Below, one piece after another: positions 19,806-27,048 of a DNA stretch of 32,000 nt (within the stretch, counting starts at the first letter, position 1; each line of letters opens with the position of its first letter). The position numbers and the translations under genes were made by a program. The DNA is from Nitratidesulfovibrio vulgaris str. Hildenborough (GTDB taxonomy: Bacteria; Desulfobacterota; Desulfovibrionia; Desulfovibrionales; Desulfovibrionaceae): positions 2,610,001 through 2,642,000 of the forward strand of contig NC_002937.3 of NCBI RefSeq assembly GCF_000195755.1, given 5' to 3'. Below the pieces are notes generated by a model, which had not been told where the DNA came from, ran no database searches, and saw only the letters and a program-made list of their open reading frames with translations.

Positions 19806-20291
19806 CTAGCTGCGACAGATGATCTCGCCGCTGATTTCGCGGAACACGTCGCTGATCATGATGGTGCCGATGACCTTTCCGGCTTCGACCACCACGGCAT
19901 AGCTGCGTCCCTTCTTCACGAAGCTCTCCAGGACGAGCAGAATCGGTTCATCGGGGCCGACCACGGTCATGTCCCGGTCCATGAGGTCGGCGACGACCGA
20001 CGACCCCGCCACCTTGCAGGCATTGCGGAAGATGCGGTCGAACCCGTCCTCCTCGATGCCGCGCAACGACCCGGTACGCAGCAGGTTGTCCTCCATGAAG
20101 CGCATGGTGTCCCAAATGGAGAGCGCTCCCTTGAGGTGCCCCTCGTCATCCATGACGAGGGCGCACAGGCTACCGGACCCGTCGGAAACGCATGCATTGA
20201 GCTTTCGCATGGCCTCGGCCAGCGAATCGTCCTCACGAAGGCGGGGATAGTCCTCCCGCACGATGTCCCAAGCGCGCTTTCTGAGCAGCAT
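19806..20291 (-). CDS. Stand-alone CBS-pair (Bateman) domain protein
   Basis: The ORF track starts at 20405. I prefer the ATG at 20291-20289 (MLLRKRAWDIV), which has a strong AGGAGG RBS (plus-strand cctcct 20296-20301). The 161-aa product consists only of two CBS-like repeats, with no fused effector domain. Confidence 0.8.
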   Translation of the reverse strand: MLLRKRAWDIVREDYPRLREDDSLAEAMRKLNACVSDGSGSLCALVMDDEGHLKGALSIWDTMRFMEDNLLRTGSLRGIEEDGFDRIFRNACKVAGSSVVADLMDRDMTVVGPDEPILLVLESFVKKGRSYAVVVEAGKVIGTIMISDVFREISGEIICRS

Positions 20292-20423
20292 AAGTCCTCC
20301 TTGCGTGTCCGGTGCGGCAGGCACCGGACTACGGCGCCATGCTGGCATCGGTGACGATTCACGACATGCGAAGCCTTGTGCCGCTTCGCCCGACGGGAAC
20401 GGCATCCCCCCGGCTCCATTGTC

Positions 20424-20453
20424 TTTGTAGCTTCACACCGTGGTGTCATGCAA
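20424..20453 (-). promoter_or_regulatory. Candidate sigma70-type promoter for the CBS gene
   Basis: Minus-strand TTGCAT (20453-20448), an 18-nt spacer, then TACAAA (20429-20424). This would give a leader of roughly 130 nt. Confidence 0.3.
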
Positions 20454-20652
20454 GCGTATCATGCCCATCCCGCGCGAATACGGCGCACGGGCACACTACA
20501 GGGCACATGCCCCCGGCACCTGCCTTCATGACACGCGCACCGCGTCGCCCCTTCGGCAGACAGGGTACGCGGGCATCCTGCCTGAATCGCGGGCGAACCT
20601 GCTCACGGCGGAAGCAGGGCGTCCCCCCCACGGTACGTCCAGAAGACACCCG

Positions 20653-21894
20653 CTAATCGAAATCGGCGAACAAGGCGCCCACATGCAGCGGCCCGAGCAC
20701 CACTTTCCGGTGTTCAGCCCGCAAACGTGCCTGCGCCTCCTGCAGATGGGGCGACGTGATGCCGTTGCGGATGGAGGTATGCGCCTCGATGAACGCCGCC
20801 ATGGTGTCGCACACCTTCAGCACCCGCCCATCCTTGGGGTCGAAGGCATCACGATTGGCCCACCCCTGAAGCGCATCGAGGTCGACCTTGACCACCTTGC
20901 CGCCGTCGCGGATGGTCTCGTCGAACTCCGACCCCGTCTCGATGCCCAGGAAATAGCCGATGCGGTCGGCAAGCGCGCCGTGCCCCGCTTCGGTGAGAGG
21001 CCTGAAGACGCGCCTGTCCAGTTCCTGCTCTTCGTACTCGCGGATGAGTTCGGGCAGACGCTCCACTGAACGCTTCACGGGAGAGATGATGTCACGGGTG
21101 AGCAATTCGGGCAGGTCGTGGAACAGTCCCGTGAAGAAGTCGTTCTGACGGCGCGCCTTGCATGCCCCCAGCACGACGCTGAAGAAATAGCCGTAGCACG
21201 CCACGATGAACATGTGCCCCAGCACGGATGTCTCGGGAATGCGCGGCGTCTGCGACCAGCGCTTCTGAAAGCGCAGTTGCCCGCAAAGGTTGGCGAACCG
21301 CCCCACGGCATTGCTCGTGCCGCCGATGAGTTCGACGACACCGCGCACGTCGGTCAACTCGCCAAGACGCCGCTGGAATGAGCCGTCGATGTCGCCCATC
21401 TCGTCATCGAACGCATTGAACGGCTTGATGACGTTGAACTCCCAACCCGAGGCGTAGAGATGCGCGGCGTTGAGAATCCTGTCCGCCAGCGTATCGTGGT
21501 CGCGGCGTTCGAAGTAGGCGACAAGACGCTCCCACAAGCCTGCGTCAAGCGGGCTGACGATGCGCTCGAGTTCTTCAAGCACCCACTGCGTCAGCTGGCG
21601 GTAGTGCTCTTCATTCTCACGGATGCGGTAGAATACCGGTGGTTTGATGTCGGTGATGACAAGACGGTAGAAATAGTCGAAAATACCGCCCTCGACCACA
21701 GCCTCGCCAAGGGCGAGACGTTCCTCCTCGGGGAGGTGGGCACCGTTCAGTTGCAGGAGAAGCCATGCCACGATCATCTTGTGGCCCTGCTTGTCCACCT
21801 CGATAAGTTCGACGGGCCGCAGCTTGTCGTTCCACCTTTTCATGTACGAACCGGAAAAGACGAACTGGAGAAGACTCTTACGTATACCGGACAT
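20653..21894 (-). CDS. Tandem HD-domain protein (two YfbR/HD_3-like modules, the first degenerate)
   Basis: 413-aa ORF with a GGAGG RBS (plus-strand cctcc 21899-21903). The C-terminal module has RFQKRWSQTPRIPETSVLGHMFIVA ... GLFHDLPELLTRDIISPVK, the H..HD..D pattern of YfbR-like 5'-nucleotidases. The N-terminal module repeats the scaffold (YMKRWNDKLRPVELIEVDKQGHKMIVA ... GIFDYFYRLVITDIKPPV), but FHD is replaced by FDY. Confidence 0.65.
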   Translation of the reverse strand: MSGIRKSLLQFVFSGSYMKRWNDKLRPVELIEVDKQGHKMIVAWLLLQLNGAHLPEEERLALGEAVVEGGIFDYFYRLVITDIKPPVFYRIRENEEHYRQLTQWVLEELERIVSPLDAGLWERLVAYFERRDHDTLADRILNAAHLYASGWEFNVIKPFNAFDDEMGDIDGSFQRRLGELTDVRGVVELIGGTSNAVGRFANLCGQLRFQKRWSQTPRIPETSVLGHMFIVACYGYFFSVVLGACKARRQNDFFTGLFHDLPELLTRDIISPVKRSVERLPELIREYEEQELDRRVFRPLTEAGHGALADRIGYFLGIETGSEFDETIRDGGKVVKVDLDALQGWANRDAFDPKDGRVLKVCDTMAAFIEAHTSIRNGITSPHLQEAQARLRAEHRKVVLGPLHVGALFADFD

Positions 21895-21926
21895 CGTGCC
21901 TCCGAGGGTCGATAAAACTTCTTGGC

Positions 21927-21955
21927 AATGTATGCCTTCATGGTATAAAGCTCAA
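21927..21955 (-). promoter_or_regulatory. Candidate sigma70-type promoter for the tandem-HD gene
   Basis: Minus-strand TTGAGC (21955-21950), a 17-nt spacer, then TACATT (21932-21927), about 30 nt upstream of the ATG. Confidence 0.4.
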
Positions 21956-22028
21956 CAGTTTGACGAAACAAGGATACTACCCCCCGTAGTCCTGCCGGCA
22001 ATCGGCGCCGGAGCCCGTTACTCTCCAG

Positions 22029-22057
22029 TTGACATGACGGGGGGAATTCCATAGATA
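22029..22057 (+). promoter_or_regulatory. Candidate sigma70-type promoter of rplM-rpsI
   Basis: TTGACA (22029-22034), a 17-nt spacer, then TAGATA (22052-22057), 35 nt upstream of the rplM ATG. Confidence 0.5.
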
Positions 22058-22091
22058 GACCCTTCTTTCGAGCAGCAGAGAGGAGATACTG

Positions 22092-22526
22092 ATGAAAACT
22101 TTCAGCCCTACGCCCGAGAACATCAACCGCGAATGGTTTGTGGTTGACGCAGAAGACAAGATTCTCGGCCGTCTCGCCACCCAGATTGCACATCGCCTGC
22201 GTGGCAAGCACAAGCCTGAATTCGCTCCGCACATGGACAACGGCGACTTCATCGTCGTGGTCAACTGCGAAAAGATCAAGGTCACCGGCAAGAAGCTGGA
22301 CCAGAAGAAATACTACAACCACTCCGGTTACGTGGGCGGGCTTCGTGAAACCAGCCTCGAGAAGCTGCTCGCCAGCAAGCCGGAAGAAGTACTGCTCAAG
22401 GCCGTGCGTGGCATGCTGCCCCGCAACCGCCTTGGTCGTGCCATGCTCACCAAGCTCAAGGTCTACCGTGGCACCGAGCATCCCCATGCCGCCCAGAAGC
22501 CCACGCCCCTTGAGCTGACGTACTAA
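22092..22526 (+). CDS. rplM: 50S ribosomal protein L13
   Basis: 144-aa ORF starting [33 protein letters not shown], with a GAGGAG RBS. Confidence 0.97.
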
Positions 22527-22544
22527 TCAGGTCCGGAGATAGCC

Positions 22545-22937
22545 ATGACCAAAGAATTCAATTACGGCACCGGCCGTCGCAAGACCGCGACCGCCCGTAC
22601 CCGTCTCTACCCCGGTACCGGCGTCATCGAGATCAATGGTCGCCCCTACGAAGAGTTCTTCCCCCGCAAGACCCTCCAGATGATCATCCGTCAGCCCCTC
22701 GTGCTCACCAAGATGCTCGAGAAGTTCGACGTGAAGGTCAATGTCGCGGGCGGCGGTATCAGCGGTCAGGCCGAGGCTGTGCGCCACGGCATCTCCCGCG
22801 CCCTGCTCGAACTCGACGCCGAACTGCGCCCCGTTCTCAAGCGTGCCGGGTTCCTCACCCGTGACGCTCGCAAGAAGGAGCGCAAGAAGTACGGTCTGCG
22901 CGCCGCACGCGCCCGCTACCAGTACTCCAAGCGTTAA
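22545..22937 (+). CDS. rpsI: 30S ribosomal protein S9
   Basis: 130-aa ORF containing [19 protein letters not shown] and ending ARYQYSKR. It lies 18 nt after rplM. Confidence 0.97.
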   Translation: MTKEFNYGTGRRKTATARTRLYPGTGVIEINGRPYEEFFPRKTLQMIIRQPLVLTKMLEKFDVKVNVAGGGISGQAEAVRHGISRALLELDAELRPVLKRAGFLTRDARKKERKKYGLRAARARYQYSKR

Positions 22938-22951
22938 TCCGCGCGTTTTCC

Positions 22952-22985
22952 CCGGATACGCAACCGGATACGCACCCCGGATACG
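22952..22985 (+). repeat. Three tandem copies of CCGGATACG (period 12-13 nt)
   Basis: CCGGATACG occurs at 22952-22960, 22964-22972 and 22977-22985, between the rpsI stop and its terminator hairpin. Confidence 0.85.
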
Positions 22986-22988
22986 ACA

Positions 22989-23019
22989 GGCAGGCCCGCA
23001 TTGCGGGTCTGCCTTTTCG
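22989..23019 (+). terminator. Rho-independent terminator of rplM-rpsI
   Basis: GGCAGGCCCGC (22989-22999), an ATT loop, then GCGGGTCTGCC (23003-23013). This gives an 11-bp stem with one G-U pair, followed by TTTTCG. Confidence 0.75.
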
Positions 23020-23482
23020 TGTTCGTGAAGCATCGCCGTCCCTGAAGCCCCGCCCTCCTGCGTGTATGCCCTGTGCACCGCGTATCCACGCACCTCTCAT
23101 GCATGAGCACCATGACAATGCGTGCGACTCCCATGCCAGCCCCACTCCGGTCATACATCCTGACCGCATGACAGATGATGGTCAGCGGAGGCACAGCTTC
23201 CCGGAGGGGGCAGGTCGACGTGAGGTCTTCATGAACCATCCACGGTACCCCATGAAGCAGCGCCGACTCGCAACGGAGACCCTGCCCGCGTACAGGCAAG
23301 CCTCGGTGCCATCGAACATCAGCCACAGCACGGATGACACGCACCACGTCAAGGGCATGGCCTCACGCGAGGCAGCATCCGTCAATCACCGTACACGCCG
23401 CCTTCACCCCCCACCCCGTCGGTTGACACGCAAGCCCCGCCCCGCATACACCAAGCAACCACCCCGAATCACGCGACAGGAC

Positions 23483-24031
23483 ATGAGAATGATGACACGA
23501 CGTGAAGGCGCACGACTTTTTGAAGGATGCTGCGTAACCATCATCGGCATGGCCGGTGCAGGCAAGACGACAGTGGGAAGGGAACTTGCACGCCAGATGG
23601 ACTGGGCACATGTGGACACGGACAGCCTCATCGAGGCGACGTACGGGACAGTACTCCAGAATGTGGCCGACAGCATGAGCAAGGAAGCCTTCCTCGATGT
23701 GGAAGCCGGCATCATCTGCCGCATCGGGGCGAAACGGGCTGTCCTTTCCACGGGTGGCAGCGTCGTCTACCGGGCAGAGGCCATGCGCCATCTCGCGTCA
23801 CTGGGCCCGGTCGTCTATCTTGATGTCTCGCTGCCGCTCATCCTCGAACGCATCGCCCGCAACCCCGACAGGGGCCTCGCCATCGCACCGGGGCAGACCA
23901 TCGAAGACCTCTACAACGAACGCAAGGCCCTGTACGAAACGTATCAGGACTTCACCTTGACCGCCGACACCCTCACGCCCGAGGAATGCGGTCGCGCCAT
24001 CCTGTCATGGCTGGAGACGGCAGATGCCTAA
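23483..24031 (+). CDS. aroK: Shikimate kinase
   Basis: The ORF track starts at 23066, but the 139-aa extension has no family resemblance. A kinase-sized product starts at the ATG cluster 23483/23489/23492 (MRMMTRREG), just after AGGAC. Motifs present: Walker A IGMAGAGKTTVGRELA, and STGGSVV. Confidence 0.85.
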   Translation: MRMMTRREGARLFEGCCVTIIGMAGAGKTTVGRELARQMDWAHVDTDSLIEATYGTVLQNVADSMSKEAFLDVEAGIICRIGAKRAVLSTGGSVVYRAEAMRHLASLGPVVYLDVSLPLILERIARNPDRGLAIAPGQTIEDLYNERKALYETYQDFTLTADTLTPEECGRAILSWLETADA

Positions 24032-24626
24032 AAGACCCGTACGCAAGCCCGGTGTATTTGCACGCCTCGAAGACCTCTACACCCGCATGGAGACCGCCTA
24101 CAACGCCACGGCGGCGGCTGCGGGGCTGACCTGCACCGGGTGTGACGACAATTGTTGCCGGACGCATTTCCGTCACCACACTCGCATTGAGTGGGCCTAC
24201 CTATGGAAGGGGATGCTCTCCCTCTCCCCGGAGAGGCGTGAGGCCTACCTCGAAAGGGCGAAGGACGTTGTCGCGCAGTGTGATGCCGCCCTCGCCGCCG
24301 GAGTCGTGCCGAGAGTCATGTGTCCGCTCAACGACGAAGGGCGGTGCGGTCTCTACAAGTACAGGCTCATGATCTGCCGCATGCACGGTACCCGCAACAT
24401 CCTCCGCCTCCCCGATGGAAGAACGCAGGTGTTCCGCGGCTGCCATCGTTTCGACAACTGTACGGCACAGTTCGCCGATGCCGACCGTCCATCGCTTGAT
24501 CGCACACCGCTCTACACCGAGCTCGCAAAGCTGGAGATGGAGCACCTCGGGCCCACAGCAGCACGACAGCAACGGGTCGACTTGACCCTCGCCGAAATGC
24601 TGGTCTATGGTCCCCCAAAGCCTTGA
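24024..24626 (+). CDS. YkgJ-family (UPF0153, CxxCxxCC) putative Fe-S/Zn cysteine-cluster protein
   Basis: 200-aa ORF with CTGCDDNCC and a second cluster CPLNDEGRCGLYKYRLMICRMHG. The ATG overlaps the aroK 3' end by 8 nt. Confidence 0.75.
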   Translation: MPKRPVRKPGVFARLEDLYTRMETAYNATAAAAGLTCTGCDDNCCRTHFRHHTRIEWAYLWKGMLSLSPERREAYLERAKDVVAQCDAALAAGVVPRVMCPLNDEGRCGLYKYRLMICRMHGTRNILRLPDGRTQVFRGCHRFDNCTAQFADADRPSLDRTPLYTELAKLEMEHLGPTAARQQRVDLTLAEMLVYGPPKP

Positions 24627-24655
24627 CCCACAAGAACATCAACCCCGGAGAAGTC

Positions 24656-25132
24656 ATGCTGCGTGCAGTCGCTCTTCTGCTTCTCTTGATGCTGGGCGGC
24701 TGTGCCCAGACGACGGCCCTCCATCTGCAGCGGGCATCCGCCCTCGCAGGTCAATCCGGCACGCTGACCATGCGCCACGCAGCCTTCGACTACACCACTG
24801 TGGCCCTCGACCATCAGGTCGGCGTCGTCGGTACGGCACGCCTCGTTCCCGCTTCCGTGCCATCGTGGGCGAAACACGTCGCGCAGTATGTCGTCTATGC
24901 CTACATCTGCGATACTTCCGGTAACGTCCTCGCATCCGGCGACATCGACTTCATCCCGCGCACCATCGAAGAATCCGGCGCACTTCCGTTCGAAATACGC
25001 ATCGACACACGATTCCAACCGGGAGACAGGCCCCTGCAACTGGCCTTCGGCTACCGTATCGTCCTCCGCGAATCGTCCATGCCCGATGAGGGCCGCAGCT
25101 TCGTCGCCACTGAGGTCGCCCTGGAGGAATGA
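24656..25132 (+). CDS. Hypothetical lipoprotein
   Basis: The ORF-track start at 24623 is a TTG. I prefer the ATG at 24656, with a GGAG RBS at 24647-24650. The signal peptide MLRAVALLLLLMLGGC has a lipobox (L-G-G-C). I recognised no family for the mature part. Confidence 0.65.
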   Translation: MLRAVALLLLLMLGGCAQTTALHLQRASALAGQSGTLTMRHAAFDYTTVALDHQVGVVGTARLVPASVPSWAKHVAQYVVYAYICDTSGNVLASGDIDFIPRTIEESGALPFEIRIDTRFQPGDRPLQLAFGYRIVLRESSMPDEGRSFVATEVALEE

Positions 25133-25588
25133 TCCTGCGGCTTTTCATCTCGCCGATGCAACCTCCGGCACATCGTCGAGAATCGAGCGACATAATACTG
25201 CGACGCCGCCACGTGGTCGTGTTCTCCCTGAGTGCACCCGCGCGCCATTCCAGCGCCATGATGCCCCGTCATCATAGCCGGTTGCGCATCCCCCTCCGTC
25301 AGCCCCCCGGTCCCTGCCCAGAGTATCAGTAGACAGCTACCGTAACGTGCCAAACGGTGTCTGCCGTTTCACCGCGCCATATGCCCTTGCGCGTCTGCCC
25401 GCACTGCAGCACCCACGCCCGGCACCACGGCGGGCCTTCCGCCCATCTTCACGCCTGACCGTCTGCTCAAGGCCGACTACGCCCTGCAGCCACGTCTGCA
25501 GCCATGCCGGGTCGTCGCAAAGGACTCTGCAGCGGGCCGCCAGCATACCTGCCCCAAAAGATATCATGTGCGTTCACACCGCACACCG

Positions 25589-25618
25589 TTGACCGAAAAA
25601 ACGCCCTGCCTGTACCAT
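25589..25618 (+). promoter_or_regulatory. Candidate sigma70-type promoter of the cytochrome c3-hynBA operon
   Basis: TTGACC (25589-25594), an 18-nt spacer, then TACCAT (25613-25618), about 35 nt upstream of the cytochrome ATG. Confidence 0.35.
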
Positions 25619-25651
25619 GGAAGGTATATCCGTCATCATGGAGGTAGCGCG

Positions 25652-26065
25652 ATGCGGTCAGCAATTCGATGGGGTCTGCTCACACTGGTGCTGTTGTCTC
25701 CTGCACTAGCGGCAGCCTATGACGTACCCAAGGAAATCGAGATCAAACGTCCGGCCAAGAACAAACCCGTGGCCTCATGGGTCGGTCCCGTGAAGTTCCC
25801 GCACGGATTCCATGCCATCCACAACCCGTGCAAGGCATGCCACCACGAAGAATCCGACAAGTCCCTCGGCAGCTTTCTTCCCTGCAGCCAATGCCACAAC
25901 AAGCCCGGAGATGCCGAACAGATGAGCTTCTATCGGGCCTGGCACAATGACAAGGCCTATAGCTGCATGGGGTGCCATCGCCAGAAGCGCCTTCTGAAGC
26001 AGGGTGAGCCACCCATTTCATGCACACGCGGATGTCATCCCTTGCCTACCGGGGGTGCACAATGA
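25652..26065 (+). CDS. Periplasmic tetrahaem cytochrome c3-family protein
   Basis: The ORF-track start at 25568 is a GTG. I prefer the ATG at 25652, with a GGAGG RBS at 25640-25644. The Sec signal is [22 protein letters not shown]. There are four haem-binding sites (CKACH, CSQCH, CMGCH, CTRGCH) and enough extra His residues for bis-His ligation. Confidence 0.85.
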
Positions 26066-27036
26066 GCTACACGACACGCATTCCGGCAAAACTCCTTGCT
26101 CGACAGGCTGAAGACGGTCGCATGACCCGCCGCGAGTTCATGAAGTTCTGCGGCATCGTCGCCGTCGCCATGGGCATGGGCCCCGGATTCGCCCCTGCCG
26201 TCGCCGAGGCGCTTCAGGCAAAGGGGCGCCCCAGCGTGGTGTACATGCATGGCGCAGAATGCACTGGCTGCACCGAAGGTCTTCTCCGTTCCATCGACCC
26301 CTTCATCGACATCCTGATGATGGAGGTCATCTCGCTGGACTACTGCGAGACGGTGATGGCGGCAGCAGGCAGGGCCGCCCATCATGCGCTGGAGGACGCC
26401 CTTCGCAACCCCGCGGGCTACGTCTGCACCATCGAAGGTGCCATTCCCACCCGCAAGGGCGGGGTCTACGGGCAGGTCGGTGGCGAGACCATGCTCTCGC
26501 TGTTCAGCCGGGTGGCGAGCGGGGCCAAGGCTGTCATCGCCATGGGCACATGTGCGAGCTTCGGCGGCATACAGGCAGCCGCCCCCAACCCTTCGGGAGC
26601 CATCGGCGTACGCGAAGCCCTTGCCCCGTTCGGCATCCAGCCCATCAACATCGCAGGATGCCCCCCCAACCCGGTGAACTACATAGGTACCGTCGTCCAT
26701 CTGCTCACCAAGGGCATGCCCGAACTCGACAGTGCCGGTAGGCCGAAGATGTTCTACGGCACGACCGTGCACGACCAGTGTGAAAGACGGAAGCACTTCA
26801 ACGCCGACGAGTTCGCCCCCGGCTTCGAATCGAAGGAGGCACGTGAAGGCTGGTGCCTGCACAAGCTGGGATGTCGAGGGCCCTACACCTACAACAACTG
26901 CCCGACAGCCCAGTTCAATCAGGTCAACTGGCCGGTCAGGGCTGGAGCCCCTTGCATTGGCTGCAGCGAACCCGGCTTCTGGGACGCGCTGGCCCCCTTC
27001 AACAAAGATGTCCGCCAGAAGAGCGACAAGGCCTAA
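26062..27036 (+). CDS. hynB: Periplasmic [NiFe] hydrogenase small subunit (Tat-exported)
   Basis: I prefer the ATG at 26062 ([12 protein letters not shown]), which forms an ATGA overlap with the cytochrome stop. A long twin-arginine signal contains TRREFMKF, followed by [14 protein letters not shown]. Fe-S ligand motifs present: [27 protein letters not shown]. There is no C-terminal membrane anchor. Confidence 0.93.
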
Positions 27037-27048
27037 GGAGGCATCAGC

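Noticed and set aside
21922-21949. A plus-strand TTGGCA-16-TATAAA promoter-like pair 140 nt upstream of rplM.
   Set aside because: It overlaps, face to face, the better-placed minus-strand promoter candidate for the tandem-HD gene. A closer TTGACA-17-TAGATA pair already serves rplM. It may be a mirror effect of the same AT-rich patch and cannot be resolved without transcription-start mapping.
22952-22985. The CCGGATACG repeats as a possible mini CRISPR array. More broadly, I looked for any tRNA, rRNA or mobile element in the intergenic gaps.
   Set aside because: The repeats are only 9 nt long with 3-4-nt spacers, so this is not CRISPR-like. I found no T-loop/GTTCGAATC-type tRNA signatures, no long inverted terminal repeats and no transposase, integrase or recombinase ORFs anywhere in the window.
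23066-23482. A 139-aa N-terminal extension of the aroK ORF.
   Set aside because: It resembles neither shikimate kinase nor any family I recognise, is rich in Pro/Arg/His, and has no RBS at 23066. A kinase of normal size starts at the ATG cluster at 23483-23492. I treated the stretch as non-coding (see findings).
25133-25160. A possible terminator after the lipoprotein gene (GGAGGAATGATCCTGCGGC followed by TTTTC).
   Set aside because: The stem is only 3-4 contiguous base pairs with mismatches, which is too weak to call.
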